A stretch of 64,000 nt of DNA from the human T2T-CHM13v2.0 reference genome, Homo sapiens. The stretch lies in the NCBI RefSeq assembly GCF_009914755.1, contig NC_060926.1; one strand, written 5' to 3'. The translations under genes and the position numbers were made by a program. Within the stretch, counting starts at the first letter, position 1; each line of letters opens with the position of its first letter. Below are positions 24,424-38,495 of this stretch, one piece after another. The notes under the pieces were generated by a model, which saw only the letters and a program-made list of their open reading frames with translations, had not been told where the DNA came from and made no database searches.

Positions 24424-24650
24424 GTATGGTCCACTTTTATAGACCTCAGAAGAATTAAGAAACTTGCCCCAAGGGCCCCAGGTCATAAGTGGAGGGGCTG
24501 GATTTGAACATAGACCGAATGACCTCAGAACCCACATAGGAGACCCTGCACTGTCTGTCCCTCTTAAGGTGACAAACATTTTTTGTGCGATTTGTGAATG
24601 AGTGAGATTTCTTCTTTGCCCCTCCCTCTACTGATAAGGGCATCTGAGAA

Positions 24651-24928
24651 GGCTGGGCGAGGTGGCTCATGCCTGTAATCCTAACACTTTGAGGCTGAGG
24701 TGGGCAGACTGCTTGAGCCCAGGAGTTAGAGACCAGCCTGGGCAGCATGGTGAAACTCCATCTCTACAAAAAGTACAAAAATTAGCCAGGCCTGGTGATG
24801 CATGCCTGTGGTCCCAACTACTTGGGAGGCTGAGGTGGGAGGATCCCTTGAGCCCAGGAATGAGTGAAGATCATGCCACTGCACTCTAGCCTGGGCAAAA
24901 GAGTGAGACTTTGTCTCAAAAAAAAAAA
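24651..24928 (+). mobile_element. Alu (AluJ/S-type)
   Basis: Alu dimer with poly-A tail. Confidence 0.9.
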
Positions 24929-27900
24929 GATGTGGGGAGAGATCTGGGTCAGTGAGCCCCTTGTTCTGGCCCAAAGGAGGCCTGGACTCCAGGGTTCAGC
25001 CGCTTTCAGGAGGCAGCTTCTGAAACTCTAGGGCCCCTGAGTGATTCCTGTAAATCAAGATAAGAAAGGCCTTCATGGTGGTGAATACAGTCTGGGGACT
25101 GAGTACCATGCAGGGGTTGCTGGGGGCAGATGAAAGAAGAGGGCCTGGGGGCAGAGAGGAGAGGGCTGTGTTCCACTCTAGGGAGCATCTGAGCTAGAGT
25201 TCTCGAAGGCCCTTCTTTCCCCGCAGAGCCTCCAGTGAGGTTTGCACACCTTCCTGGGGCTATGCCTGATAGGCAGAGGAAACCTTCCATCTAGGGCACA
25301 AGGGTGGGAAGGCTGGACTCTCAGAGGGTCTGTGTTCATCGATGAAATCAATATAGAGGAGGAAGGGACAGGATAAGGGATATGGAACCAGATGAAGACC
25401 CAGTCACAGTGGCAGTTTCTGGCAGCCACCTGCCTGGTTGAGATGGAAACGCTGATTCCAGCTCCAGCCCCCAGACAGGCTAAGAATATCCCAGAAAAGC
25501 AACAGCTACCACCCCCACCCTTCTTGATCTGCTCCTACATCTGTAGTGCTATGCTGGGCGCCAGCGGGGCCTGGGAGGAGAAGGAGTGGGGGACGAAAGG
25601 GAGGAGGCAAAAAGGGGGCTTGGTGGAGGCAGAAGGTGAACCAAGACTTAAAGCTTCTGGTGAGTGCTGGGAGGACTGGACAGAGAGAGCTGTTCTCAGG
25701 GGACAGTAAAGGAGGTGAAGGCAGGAGCCAGGGAGTTGGAGGGAGATCAGGACAGAGGATGGGAAAGGAAGAAATGGCCCCCCTTCCATCAAGGAAAGCA
25801 GCAGAGCTTAAGGCAGGGAAAAGGAGTCACCAGCTCACCCCTGTCTTCTCTGTCCCCTTCACCCTGGGCCCTCCAGCATCTCAGCATTGGTCCCTTCTCT
25901 CCCCACCCCAGAGCATCACATTCCTCATCTGTGCTCCCAGCCCTATTCACTGTTCAAAAGAAACTATATTTGGGCTCCTTAATTAAGTCCTTCTAGCAAA
26001 CAGCCTGCGAAATGGGAAGACATGAGAATTTGGGTCTCCCTCCTGACAGCTAGCAGCACCTCCTCTGTCAATTCCTCTCTTCTCTCTGCTTACCCCCTCC
26101 CCCCTCCACTGTTATCTGTAGAGGGGTTCTGCTCCCCTCCTTTGTTTTAGCCACCCACTTCTCCCCTGGGGTAAGGTCCTCAGGAGAGGGAGAGAAGTCT
26201 GGGCTCGTGCATACCCACCCCCTCTGCACACCTCAGGAGCTGAGACTGATGGGCAAGGGAGTTGGGGGTGCCAGGGTGGGGGGGGGGGGCAGCAGGATCC
26301 AGGCACTCAGATGCCCAGGCTGGGTCTCCATCCTGGCTGTTTTAAGAACCTGTGTCATCATTAGCCTCCTTGTAGGGGCCCCTACAGGGAGGTGCAATGA
26401 CCTTGGTTTCTGGGGCCTTTGATGTTTACTGGGGATATCCTGGGCCTCAGCCATCTTGCCCTCCTCTTCTTTGCCTTCTCACCTTTCAGGGGCCCCTCTA
26501 AAGCTTGGAGGGACCTAGGGAGATTTACATTGCTGAGAGCCTAAGCTCCCCTCCCCTTCATCTCCTGGGGTGAACCGCAGAAGTGCAGGCCTCACATGGA
26601 TGCTGTGCACACAAAGACTGAGCCCATCAGACAGAAACAGATTAGGGAGAAGCAGACAGGGCTGGAGCTGGAGAGTGAAACAGATTCACAGGACAGATTT
26701 TGTTTAGAATCAGAACTGTGGAGTTGAAAGAGGCTTTAGGAATCCTCCTCTAGTCCAATTCCTAAAATGTTATCTTGTTCTTTTAATATTCATTTTTATC
26801 TGATAATAAGAGTCAAATCCGTAGAACCCTTGCATTTTAATATGATGAAACCGAGTCCCAGAGAGCTGAAATTACTTCCCCAAGGTCATACAACTGGCAG
26901 CCATAGACTAGGACTCCCGTGTCCTGCCTCCCAGACTATGGCTTCTCAGAAGGGAGATAAGAAGAGCAAAAGGGAGGCAAAGTGTGAGCAGCATTGTCCG
27001 GAGATGTTCTCTTAAAAGATGGGGCCCACCTGCCCAGGTTGGGTGAGTGAGAGGAGCATCTCTGGTGAATCTGATGGGATGCACTCATCAATAAGGCCAG
27101 ATCCTATCCAGGCTAAAACCTCAGTCTAGGCCCTCCAGTTCTTGGTCTGGGCCTAGAGTATTTGCCTTAAAGAACCTTCAGGAATAACCAGTAATCTGAA
27201 TAGGCACTGTTCTAGGTAACCTACAGAGCAATGAAGACAGACAAGGAGACTGGCCTCAGGGGCTTTCCCATCTAAGGAAGTCTGACACAACCAGCACTGC
27301 CCCAGAGGAACATAAGGGAGATGGAGAGATGAGAAGCAACACAGAGATACTATTATAATGAAGATAGATGAATCTCAGAATATGAACCCAAACATAACCT
27401 AACCAGAAGAGTACACTTGCAAATGTGGGAAAGCCACCAACCTTCTATGAAGCCCACCTCCTCCATGAAGTCTTTCTGGTTTCACTAGGCTTATTCCCCT
27501 TGGGCTCCCCCTGCAGAAACATAATAACCCTCCCTCTCAGCTCTCAATGCCACCGGCTTATATACAACAGCAATGTTGTTACTCTTTCTGGATCTCTTTG
27601 ATTAGCTTGTCTGCTTGTCTTTAAAATTCCATCCATATCCATCTTGCACATCTTAGACCCAGAGCCCAGCCCTTAACCAAGTTGTTATGTAGCCACTGTT
27701 GCTGATGGGAAAAGGCTGGAAAGGCTGAAGTCAGAAAGAGTATTAGGTCCCTTCCAATCTATCAAAAAAGCTTCTTGGAGGAGGTGGGAGTTCAAGAGCT
27801 TGACATTCTGAGAGAGGGTTCTGGCCCAGTGGAAGGAGCTCAGAGATTCTGGAGAGATAACCAGAGCAGGAGGGTGGGGAGCATGTGAGCCAGAAACAGG

Positions 27901-29779
27901 GTTGGAGGCAGAGCAAGGTGGAAAGTGAGGAAGGGGAGTAGGACCCTCTGAGGCACCTGCTTTGGGGTCCCTGAAGCAGAGGAGGAAATTCTTGGTTCTG
28001 ACCAAGAGGACAATAGGAGGTCAGAGCTGGGCCGGGAATAGGGTACCACAGTGGTGACACTCTGTGGGTGCTGCTTAGAAGACGTGGTCCTAAATGACCT
28101 TAACAATAGGCCTTATGCCAGTGAGGGACTCCTGGGAGCAGCGCTGGAAGGACTCATGTGCCATTTAGATCCACATGCCCAGTGTTTCCGCCAGTGCAAC
28201 TCAGTCTCTACAGGGCTTGTCCTTAACTACCGGTGAACTGACTATTCCTTGGTTGGCAGATAAAGAGTGACTCAGAACACCTTGTAGGAGGAAGTGGGGC
28301 CAATTACAGGAGCTGAAAAGAGGGAACACTTTCAAGAACTATGAGGAGAATGAGTTTGGGAAGGTCAGCTTGGGCTGCAAGAAAATAAAGATCAGATCCT
28401 AGGGAGCAGAGATACCCTGTTGAAAAAGTGCATATTGGGTGCTGAGTTAGGGAGAAGGTACAAGGCTGCATGTGCACAGTGGTAAAGAGGAGGGGAATGG
28501 AGACAGGCAGACCACAGGCCTCCAGGAGGGTGTGAGTGACCAGGGGCTGTGGAATGGCTGGGAAATTCTGTACCTCTGGTAGCTGGAACTGCAGCCCAAG
28601 TGGATTCTAGAACAGCCTATCTGCAGTGACACACACACACACATATATGCACAAACCAACCCTGACAGCAGTGGATCCTTGGAGCTATGTTTGCGGTCTG
28701 TGAGGAGCATGGAGGTGACTCCAAGGGCAATCCTTAGAATTTACTGAAATACATAGGCAGGGGTTTGGCTCCACATGGAACCCATATGCACCTACAAGGT
28801 CCACTTACTTAAGAAGCCTGAAGGCTCTTGTGCTGGGGGAGCCACAGAGAGCAGGCTCCAAGAAGGGTGGACATGATCTAACAAGGCAGATAGAATAGGT
28901 CCAGAACTAGCTGTGCTCAAGACCTGCAGGTAAGGCCTGGGGAGTCCAAAATCCAGGGCAAAGGGCTGATGGGTACTCAGGAGGTAACAGACAGACCCAG
29001 AGAGAAGTGGACAGGACCCAGCCTAACAGCTTGCTCCTGGGAGTGGGGACAGCTGGAACCTTACCTGCAGGAAGCATTTAATGATGAAACCCACCTCAAC
29101 CTGGACCCAGGGCTGGGCTGGAGGTTGGTCCAACCCTCTTGGGCTTCCGTCCACACAGGAGGCTCCGTTCACTATCCAAGACTGGGTAGACCAAGTGATC
29201 CAATTTCTAGCGTTTCCCCAGGGACCAACCTTATCCATCATCCACCCAAGTATGAGATCTGTGTGTGTTAGTGGGGACAACCAACCGAGAGGAGCTGCCC
29301 AGGGACCAGAGCCAAGGGTCTGCCCCACAGGCTCAGTTGCAGAGAATCAGGACGGCAAGCAGAAGCCTCAGGGGCATATTTGAGACCTTGCTGCTCCCCC
29401 TCTCCCCCTCAAGCTGGAACCCCCAAGAAGGCGGGTTGTGACCTGCAAGAAGGCTCTGCCAGGACTCCCAAACAGGCAGGGCAGAAATGTGCCTGCTGCA
29501 GCCCCCCTAGCGACCTGGGGGGTGGGGGGCGAGGTGGGGTCGCGAAGAGGAAACAGACCTGACAGTCACATTGGAGGAGCCAGTGCAACGCGACCCATCT
29601 GGGACCTGGGCATCCGGTGAGGGCACTCACTGCTCACACTGGCCCCCCACACAAATTCAAAGGCAGAGGGAAGGAGAGCTGTTCCCATGGTTTATCTGCT
29701 ACCGCGACCCAGTGCATCAGAACAAGCTGGTCCAGGCCCTAGGATCCGGAGGAGGCAGGAGCAGCCACCACCCCTTCTC

Positions 29780-30194
29780 AACTCTGACCCTGAGGAGGCC
29801 ACTCGAACGACGACCACCGCCTTCCCCTTCCTCCGCTCGGGGGAAGGGAAAAGACTCAGGGCGGAGGGTGGGGATTGGGGCGGGACTTGAAATTGAAGTG
29901 CGAGAGTCTATTGGTCATTGGAGCTGCCCATCAGGAGTGCAACTCGGGAGCGGATTGGCCGCGTGAGGCGGGGCACGGCGCGACGAAAAAAGGGGCCCAA
30001 GGGGTGGGGCTGACGCTGCAGCTGGCGCAGCTCAGGATTAGAGCAGCGGAGCCGCCTAGCAGCCACCTTCCCCCGCCAGTCCGCGCGCCCGGGCCGGGGC
30101 TAGGCCCCCCACCGCCGGGTCCCCCGGGGCTGCAGTAGCAGCGGCGCCGCCCGCGGCTCCCGCTGGGGCCTGGGCGCCGGCCCCGCTCTGCAGG
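29780..30194 (+). promoter_or_regulatory. CDK5R2: CDK5R2 CpG-island, TATA-less promoter and 5'UTR
   Basis: CpG-dense. GC box ggggcggga ~29877-29885; inverted CCAAT boxes (ATTGG) at 29910, 29917 and 29954; half-CRE tgacg at 30011. Confidence 0.8.
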
Positions 30195-31298
30195 ATGGGC
30201 ACAGTGCTGTCTCTTTCGCCTGCCTCCTCGGCCAAGGGCCGGAGGCCCGGCGGGCTGCCCGAGGAGAAGAAGAAGGCGCCGCCCGCGGGGGACGAGGCGC
30301 TGGGGGGCTACGGGGCGCCGCCAGTGGGCAAGGGCGGCAAAGGCGAGAGCCGACTCAAGCGGCCGTCCGTGCTCATCTCGGCGCTCACCTGGAAGCGCCT
30401 GGTGGCCGCGTCCGCCAAGAAGAAGAAAGGCAGCAAGAAGGTGACACCCAAGCCGGCATCCACGGGCCCCGACCCCCTGGTCCAGCAACGCAACCGCGAG
30501 AACCTTCTCCGCAAGGGCCGGGATCCCCCCGACGGCGGCGGCACCGCCAAGCCCCTGGCGGTGCCAGTGCCCACCGTGCCCGCGGCTGCCGCCACCTGCG
30601 AGCCACCGTCGGGGGGCAGCGCGGCCGCTCAGCCGCCGGGCTCGGGCGGGGGAAAGCCTCCGCCGCCGCCTCCCCCAGCCCCGCAGGTGGCGCCGCCGGT
30701 GCCTGGCGGCTCGCCGCGGCGGGTCATCGTGCAGGCGTCCACCGGCGAGCTGCTGCGCTGTCTGGGCGACTTCGTGTGCCGACGCTGCTATCGCCTCAAG
30801 GAGCTGAGCCCGGGCGAGCTGGTGGGCTGGTTCCGCGGTGTGGACCGCTCGCTGCTGCTGCAGGGCTGGCAAGACCAGGCCTTCATTACGCCTGCAAACC
30901 TGGTGTTCGTGTACCTGCTGTGCCGCGAGTCGCTGCGTGGGGACGAGCTGGCGTCGGCCGCCGAGCTGCAGGCCGCCTTCCTCACCTGCCTCTACCTCGC
31001 CTACTCCTACATGGGCAACGAGATCTCCTACCCACTCAAGCCCTTCCTCGTGGAGCCCGACAAGGAGCGCTTCTGGCAGCGCTGCCTGCGCCTCATCCAG
31101 CGGCTCAGCCCGCAGATGCTGCGGCTCAACGCCGACCCCCACTTCTTCACGCAGGTCTTTCAAGACCTCAAGAACGAGGGCGAGGCCGCCGCCAGCGGCG
31201 GGGGCCCACCGAGCGGGGGCGCGCCCGCCGCCTCCTCGGCCGCCAGGGACAGCTGCGCGGCCGGAACCAAGCACTGGACTATGAACCTGGACCGCTAG
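30195..31298 (+). CDS. CDK5R2: Cyclin-dependent kinase 5 activator 2 (p39), single coding exon, 367 aa
   Basis: [10 protein letters not shown]-myristoylation start, basic KKKKGSKK cluster, CDK5-activator domain ([14 protein letters not shown]...[22 protein letters not shown]...[14 protein letters not shown]), strong Kozak aggATGG. Confidence 0.99.
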   Translation: MGTVLSLSPASSAKGRRPGGLPEEKKKAPPAGDEALGGYGAPPVGKGGKGESRLKRPSVLISALTWKRLVAASAKKKKGSKKVTPKPASTGPDPLVQQRNRENLLRKGRDPPDGGGTAKPLAVPVPTVPAAAATCEPPSGGSAAAQPPGSGGGKPPPPPPPAPQVAPPVPGGSPRRVIVQASTGELLRCLGDFVCRRCYRLKELSPGELVGWFRGVDRSLLLQGWQDQAFITPANLVFVYLLCRESLRGDELASAAELQAAFLTCLYLAYSYMGNEISYPLKPFLVEPDKERFWQRCLRLIQRLSPQMLRLNADPHFFTQVFQDLKNEGEAAASGGGPPSGGAPAASSAARDSCAAGTKHWTMNLDR

Positions 31299-32350
31299 GG
31301 ATACCCAGGGGCCGCGCCCATCCCCCGCCCCAGCCCCTGACACACACTCGGACCCCCCGGGACCACAAAGCCACCGCCGCTGTTACCGCCGCTCAGCGCC
31401 CCGGCTGGGCGGAGGAGGAGACGCCCATGCCCCTCAGGGGAAAGTGGAGACCGGGACACCAGAGGCCGCGGTGTTTGGATTTGCTGGGCGTGGAGTGGGG
31501 ACGGAAGATGAGCGCGGGAAAGGCACTCCAACCTCACTCTTCCCGTCTGTCTGCGCCCCCATTTCTCCATTTCTGCCGGGGTCTCCCCCTTCCCTTCAGC
31601 CCATTCCCCCTCGGTTTTATCCATTTCCTTGCCTCCTTTTTGTGTCTTCATTTTTCCTCCTGTCTGCATTCCTCTCTCTCTCTCTCCCTCTCTCTCCTGT
31701 TCCTCTCTTTCTTCCTCCCTCTCCCTGCCTTTCCATTTTCCGTTCCTTGGGTTTGTGTGTCTGCATCTCCATCTTACCCCTTGCCTGACTGTACCCCGTA
31801 GACCCCTGTTTCTCCTCCTGCACCTGTGTCCCCATCTGCCCTTCTTGTTGCTCCTGTCATGTGTCACCATCTTCCCTCCTGTCTGCCTTCTTCCTCCACT
31901 TGTGTCAGCTTGCATTTTTTTATTCCTGACTGAGTCACCACACCCCTCTCCCCTGATCAAAGGGAATATTAGTTTTTAATTTGGATCGACTGAGGTGCCA
32001 GGAGAAACTGCAGTCCCAGGTATCCAGACAGCCACCAGGATGGTCCCTCGCCCCACCCCCACCGCCTCTCCCCACCTTTTCCAACGTGTTGCATGCTGGG
32101 AGCTGGGGGGTGTGGGGGAAGGGGCTGCCGGCTTCTTTCAGGAGGCTGAGGTTTGGAGGCAAAATCAACCTGGGAGACCACCCCGGCCGCGGCGCCTCAG
32201 TGGACAGGTGGGAGGAAAAGAAAACTTCTTACCTTGGAGGAGGGACATCCCGCTTCCTTATCCTTAGCTTTTTTGTTGCTCCTCCCCACTGCCCCTTTTA
32301 ATTTATTTGGTTGTTTGCGGAGGGAGGGGGGAGGGGGGTAGGCTGGGCCG

Positions 32351-32371
32351 GGAACTGTCCGAGGTGCTGAG
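32351..32371 (-). promoter_or_regulatory. REST/NRSF RE1 element in the CDK5R2 3'UTR
   Basis: Minus strand CTCAGCACCTCGGACAGTTCC vs consensus TTCAGCACCACGGACAGCGCC (17/21, both core half-sites intact). Confidence 0.75.
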
Positions 32372-32505
32372 CTGGGGCGGGACCGGAATCCTCCCGGTAG
32401 GGTACCAGGGACTGAGTTGGGCCTGGGGCCGTGTCCAAGGTGCCAATGATGCGGGCCGACAGAGCGGGCCGCACTGTCTGTCTGTCCGTCTGTCCCGGAA
32501 AGAAC

Positions 32506-32511
32506 TATAAA
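32506..32511 (+). terminator. CDK5R2: Probable non-canonical poly(A) signal (TATAAA) of CDK5R2
   Basis: I saw no AATAAA/ATTAAA between the stop codon and here. TATAAA is followed ~20-45 nt later by GU/U-rich ggttttgcgccggtctttctttgg. Confidence 0.6.
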
Positions 32512-33390
32512 GCGCTGGAAGCGCCTGCAGATGGTTTTGCGCCGGTCTTTCTTTGGGCCCCGGGAGGGAGGGAGTGGGAGTGGTAATGGAACTGTCACAG
32601 ACAGAGCAGAAAGGCAAGAGATGGGGCTCTAGTAGGGGAGATCAAGTACCTGAGAACTTCTCCTCCTCCCCATCCCCACCCCCGCCATCGGCTTCCATTT
32701 TACAGAGAGTAAAGAGTAAAGCGAGGCAGCTGAGGGTGAGGCCTGGTGATAAAGCTGAATCCATCCCCCCACTTCCGCCTCCATCTTGTCTGACCTAGCT
32801 CCTCATTAATGCCCGGGCCACTTAGAGACCGAATCATGGGGACAGCGGAGTTGTGCCCTTTCTGTGATGAGACCCATTGAGGCAGAACTAGCTAGTCCTT
32901 ATTGCTATTTTTCCCTTCCTCCCCATCTCTCCCCACCATATATCGGTCAAGAGTACAGTCGGGCCTAAGTCTGTGTTCACCACTCCCAAGTGGGGCCTGT
33001 CTGCCATACTTCTCTCCTCATCCCCCAACCACCATGGGGCTGCTTCGACGATGCCCAGGTCGCACGCCCACTCAGGAGTCTTGGGGGGTCCATCCCTGCT
33101 TGAGACTCAGACCCTTGCCCTTTATCCCCAAGAAGGGGCAAACAAGGGCAGTTGGGGAGAAGGAAGCCATTCTCTGGGATTGAAACAGGAAGGAAAATGC
33201 GCTATTTAGCCTGAGATCCCTGCTCGGTCCCCATTGCCTTCTTAGCCACGTGGCTAAGCGCCCTGTTCACTGTTTCATTGGCCCAAAGAGGCCTGGCTTC
33301 AACAGAGTGCCCGCGGCTCCGACCCTAGTCTGGCCGTGGCCGAGAAGATCCGGAAAGAACCCGGGGGGACCTGCCAAGACGAGGCCCGGG

Positions 33391-33411
33391 TTCGCTGTCC
33401 GTGGTGCTGAA
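33391..33411 (-). promoter_or_regulatory. Canonical REST/NRSF RE1 element
   Basis: Minus strand TTCAGCACCACGGACAGCGAA, 19/21 to consensus with the first 19 positions perfect. Confidence 0.9.
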
Positions 33412-33819
33412 TGGCGCGCTCGGGCGGGGTCGGGGCTTGTAAGGGCAGGAAGAGTTGCAGACTCGGCCTCAACTAGGTCTTCCGGATAATTTGGGAATAG
33501 GGTGTCATCTATTCTGGCGGCGAGTTATAGAAGTCTGGCTCCAGAACCCAAAAATGTCGGTCCCCACTTGCCCTCCCGGGACGACAGGACTCGATTCCCC
33601 TGGCCTCAGCCCAGCGCCCTTGTAACCTGCCTGGAGCCGGAAATCCCCAGTCCAGATTTGTGAATTGAGTTCCCGGAGGGAGGGGGAGAGCTGGCGGAAG
33701 GGAAGGCGGGAGCAGCCGCCCATTGGCTGGAATTTGGCGCAGTCAGCGCGGTGCCGTCATCTCTCTTGGTTTGGGAGGAGGGAGGGAGGATCACTAGGGT
33801 CACTCCGCGGCTGTCGGCT

Positions 33820-33833
33820 GTCGCCATAGTAAC
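33820..33833. promoter_or_regulatory. RFX X-box
   Basis: GTCGCCATAGTAAC fits GTNRCC-N2-RGYAAC, within a CpG-rich element. Confidence 0.7.
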
Positions 33834-34910
33834 CAGACTGAGCGGGCTGGGCAGCCGCTCTACTCTCCCACCTCTGGCTGGGGAAACAATCCTGGTCCAC
33901 CTTATTTGGAACTAGCTAGTGAGACTAGCTATTTGATTAGAATTTCTGAATTGGAGGAGCCTAAAGGGGATGGGAAAGAGAGCAGAGACCCTACAGAGAC
34001 GCCCCCCTCAACCCCCAACAAACATCCTGCCTTCGGATACTGCCCCTGAACTCTTAGACACAGCACCCACCCTTTACTGCACACACACACCCCTCCAGGA
34101 ACTTGTGGTCTGGCACCTGGAGACGTAGAATGAGAAAAAGGCCACAGTGAGTAACATTTAGTTAAATCTCACTTTTGACATGCCCCAAGGCATGAAACAC
34201 TGCCATAATCCGATTAGGAGGGGAGGGACTGGAGAAGGATCAACAAGAATACATGGAAGAATTAGCCTCCTGGGTCAGACTTATCGGAGTCCTGTTTTCT
34301 CAGGGATTGAGTGGGAGAAGTTGTAAGGAGAAAGACCCAGAACAGTCTTCTGAGAAGGCAAGGGGAGGAGGGAGTAAGTGCAGAAACAGAATAAGGTACC
34401 TTCTTTCCTGACGCTGAGTTAACCTGGGGAAAGTGAGTCCAAGCTGCTGATAAGGTGGTGCAGGGGGACCAGAATTTTAGAGAGAAACCAGAAAGGAAGA
34501 GGGGTGGACTAAGGAAAAGATGGAGGTGGAGGAAAGGAGACAGAAACCCAGCTGGAGCAATGACTCAGCAATTCCCCTAAGCAAAGGGCTGGAGTGACTC
34601 TCCCAGCACAGGAGCAGCTGTGAGGGCAGGAAAGCAAATGGACAGATAACCGGTAATTCACCCCTTCACATGACACATGTTGATGCGTACACTGACGCAT
34701 AACCAAAGGCACACATTTTAACCCAGAAGTGGACACAAATGCATTTATACTGGTGAATCATAACATATACACACCTCTACTCCTTTCCTCCCTGTCCCCC
34801 TTCCTGGAACAGAGGACATTCTGTTTTGGAGCCATGTTCCCCTGTCCCTGGAATACCTCGCTACTTATTAGAAAAGCAGAAATGCAAAAAATCACAGACA
34901 TGTGGGGGGA

Positions 34911-34924
34911 GTTGTCATGGTAAC
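34911..34924. promoter_or_regulatory. RFX X-box (near-palindromic)
   Basis: GTTGTCATGGTAAC, one mismatch from GTTRCCATGGYAAC. Confidence 0.65.
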
Positions 34925-35255
34925 TGCTTTGCCTGCCAGGCGGGGTGCCCAGCAACCAGAGCATCTAACAGTATTCAAGAGGACATCCTGTGGTCTCCAC
35001 TTACTGGGATCCTACCCCAGGCAACCAGATGGGCAGCTTTTGAAGATGTCTGCAACAGAGGCTGCTGAAGAAGCCCCTCCAGTCACATCATCATGATCAG
35101 GGACAGCTGGAAGCCAGGTGTATGGGCCTGATCTTCTTTAGGTACCCCACTTTAAGTAGCACTTCTGGTCTCTTTAAATATAGACGTTTGCTGTGAGTGG
35201 CTTCAAGACAGCAGGATTAACACTTCAAAGGCCCTTATTTAAGAACATGACCTGA

Positions 35256-38086
<2,831 letters not shown>

Positions 38087-38362
38087 TTGTACATCAATAT
38101 ATATTTATCAACATGACAAAAATGGCACGATGAAATGGAAATAGGAGATTGAAAACATTGTCATATCATCCCATTTCTGAGAGAGAGAGAGATTTAAACA
38201 GCTGTCTCCTTCTTGTTATTTAGATCTCGACTTAATAGACTCCTCCTTCTCATCATCATCTCCTGAATTAATCTCAATCTGTCCCACAGTTACCCTCAAT
38301 CACATGCCCCTAATTTATTTTCTTCATAGCATTTATCTTCCTGAAAATATATTATTATGACC

Positions 38363-38495
38363 TAAAAAAGAAGAGAATTATAAGGAAAGAAAGAAAAAGA
38401 GAAAAATAGAGAGGGAGCAAGAGAGAGAGAGAGAAAGAGAGAGAGAAGGAAGAGGGAAAGAGAAAGAGATAAGGAAGGAGGAACAGGAAAAAAAG
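38363..38495. repeat. GA-rich low-complexity polypurine tract
   Basis: About 130 nt almost entirely A/G on the + strand. Confidence 0.85.

Noticed and set aside
29931-31343. 470-codon antisense ORF spanning CDK5R2
   Set aside because: Starts at GTG and mirrors a GC3-rich CDS; antisense shadows of such genes commonly lack stops; no recognisable domain
30776-31801. 341-codon overlapping alternative-frame ORF
   Set aside because: Non-ATG start; composition explained by GC-rich CDS plus pyrimidine-rich UTR
32440-32446. GTGCCAA miR-96-type seed match in the CDK5R2 3'UTR
   Set aside because: A single 7-mer is expected by chance; no conservation data available
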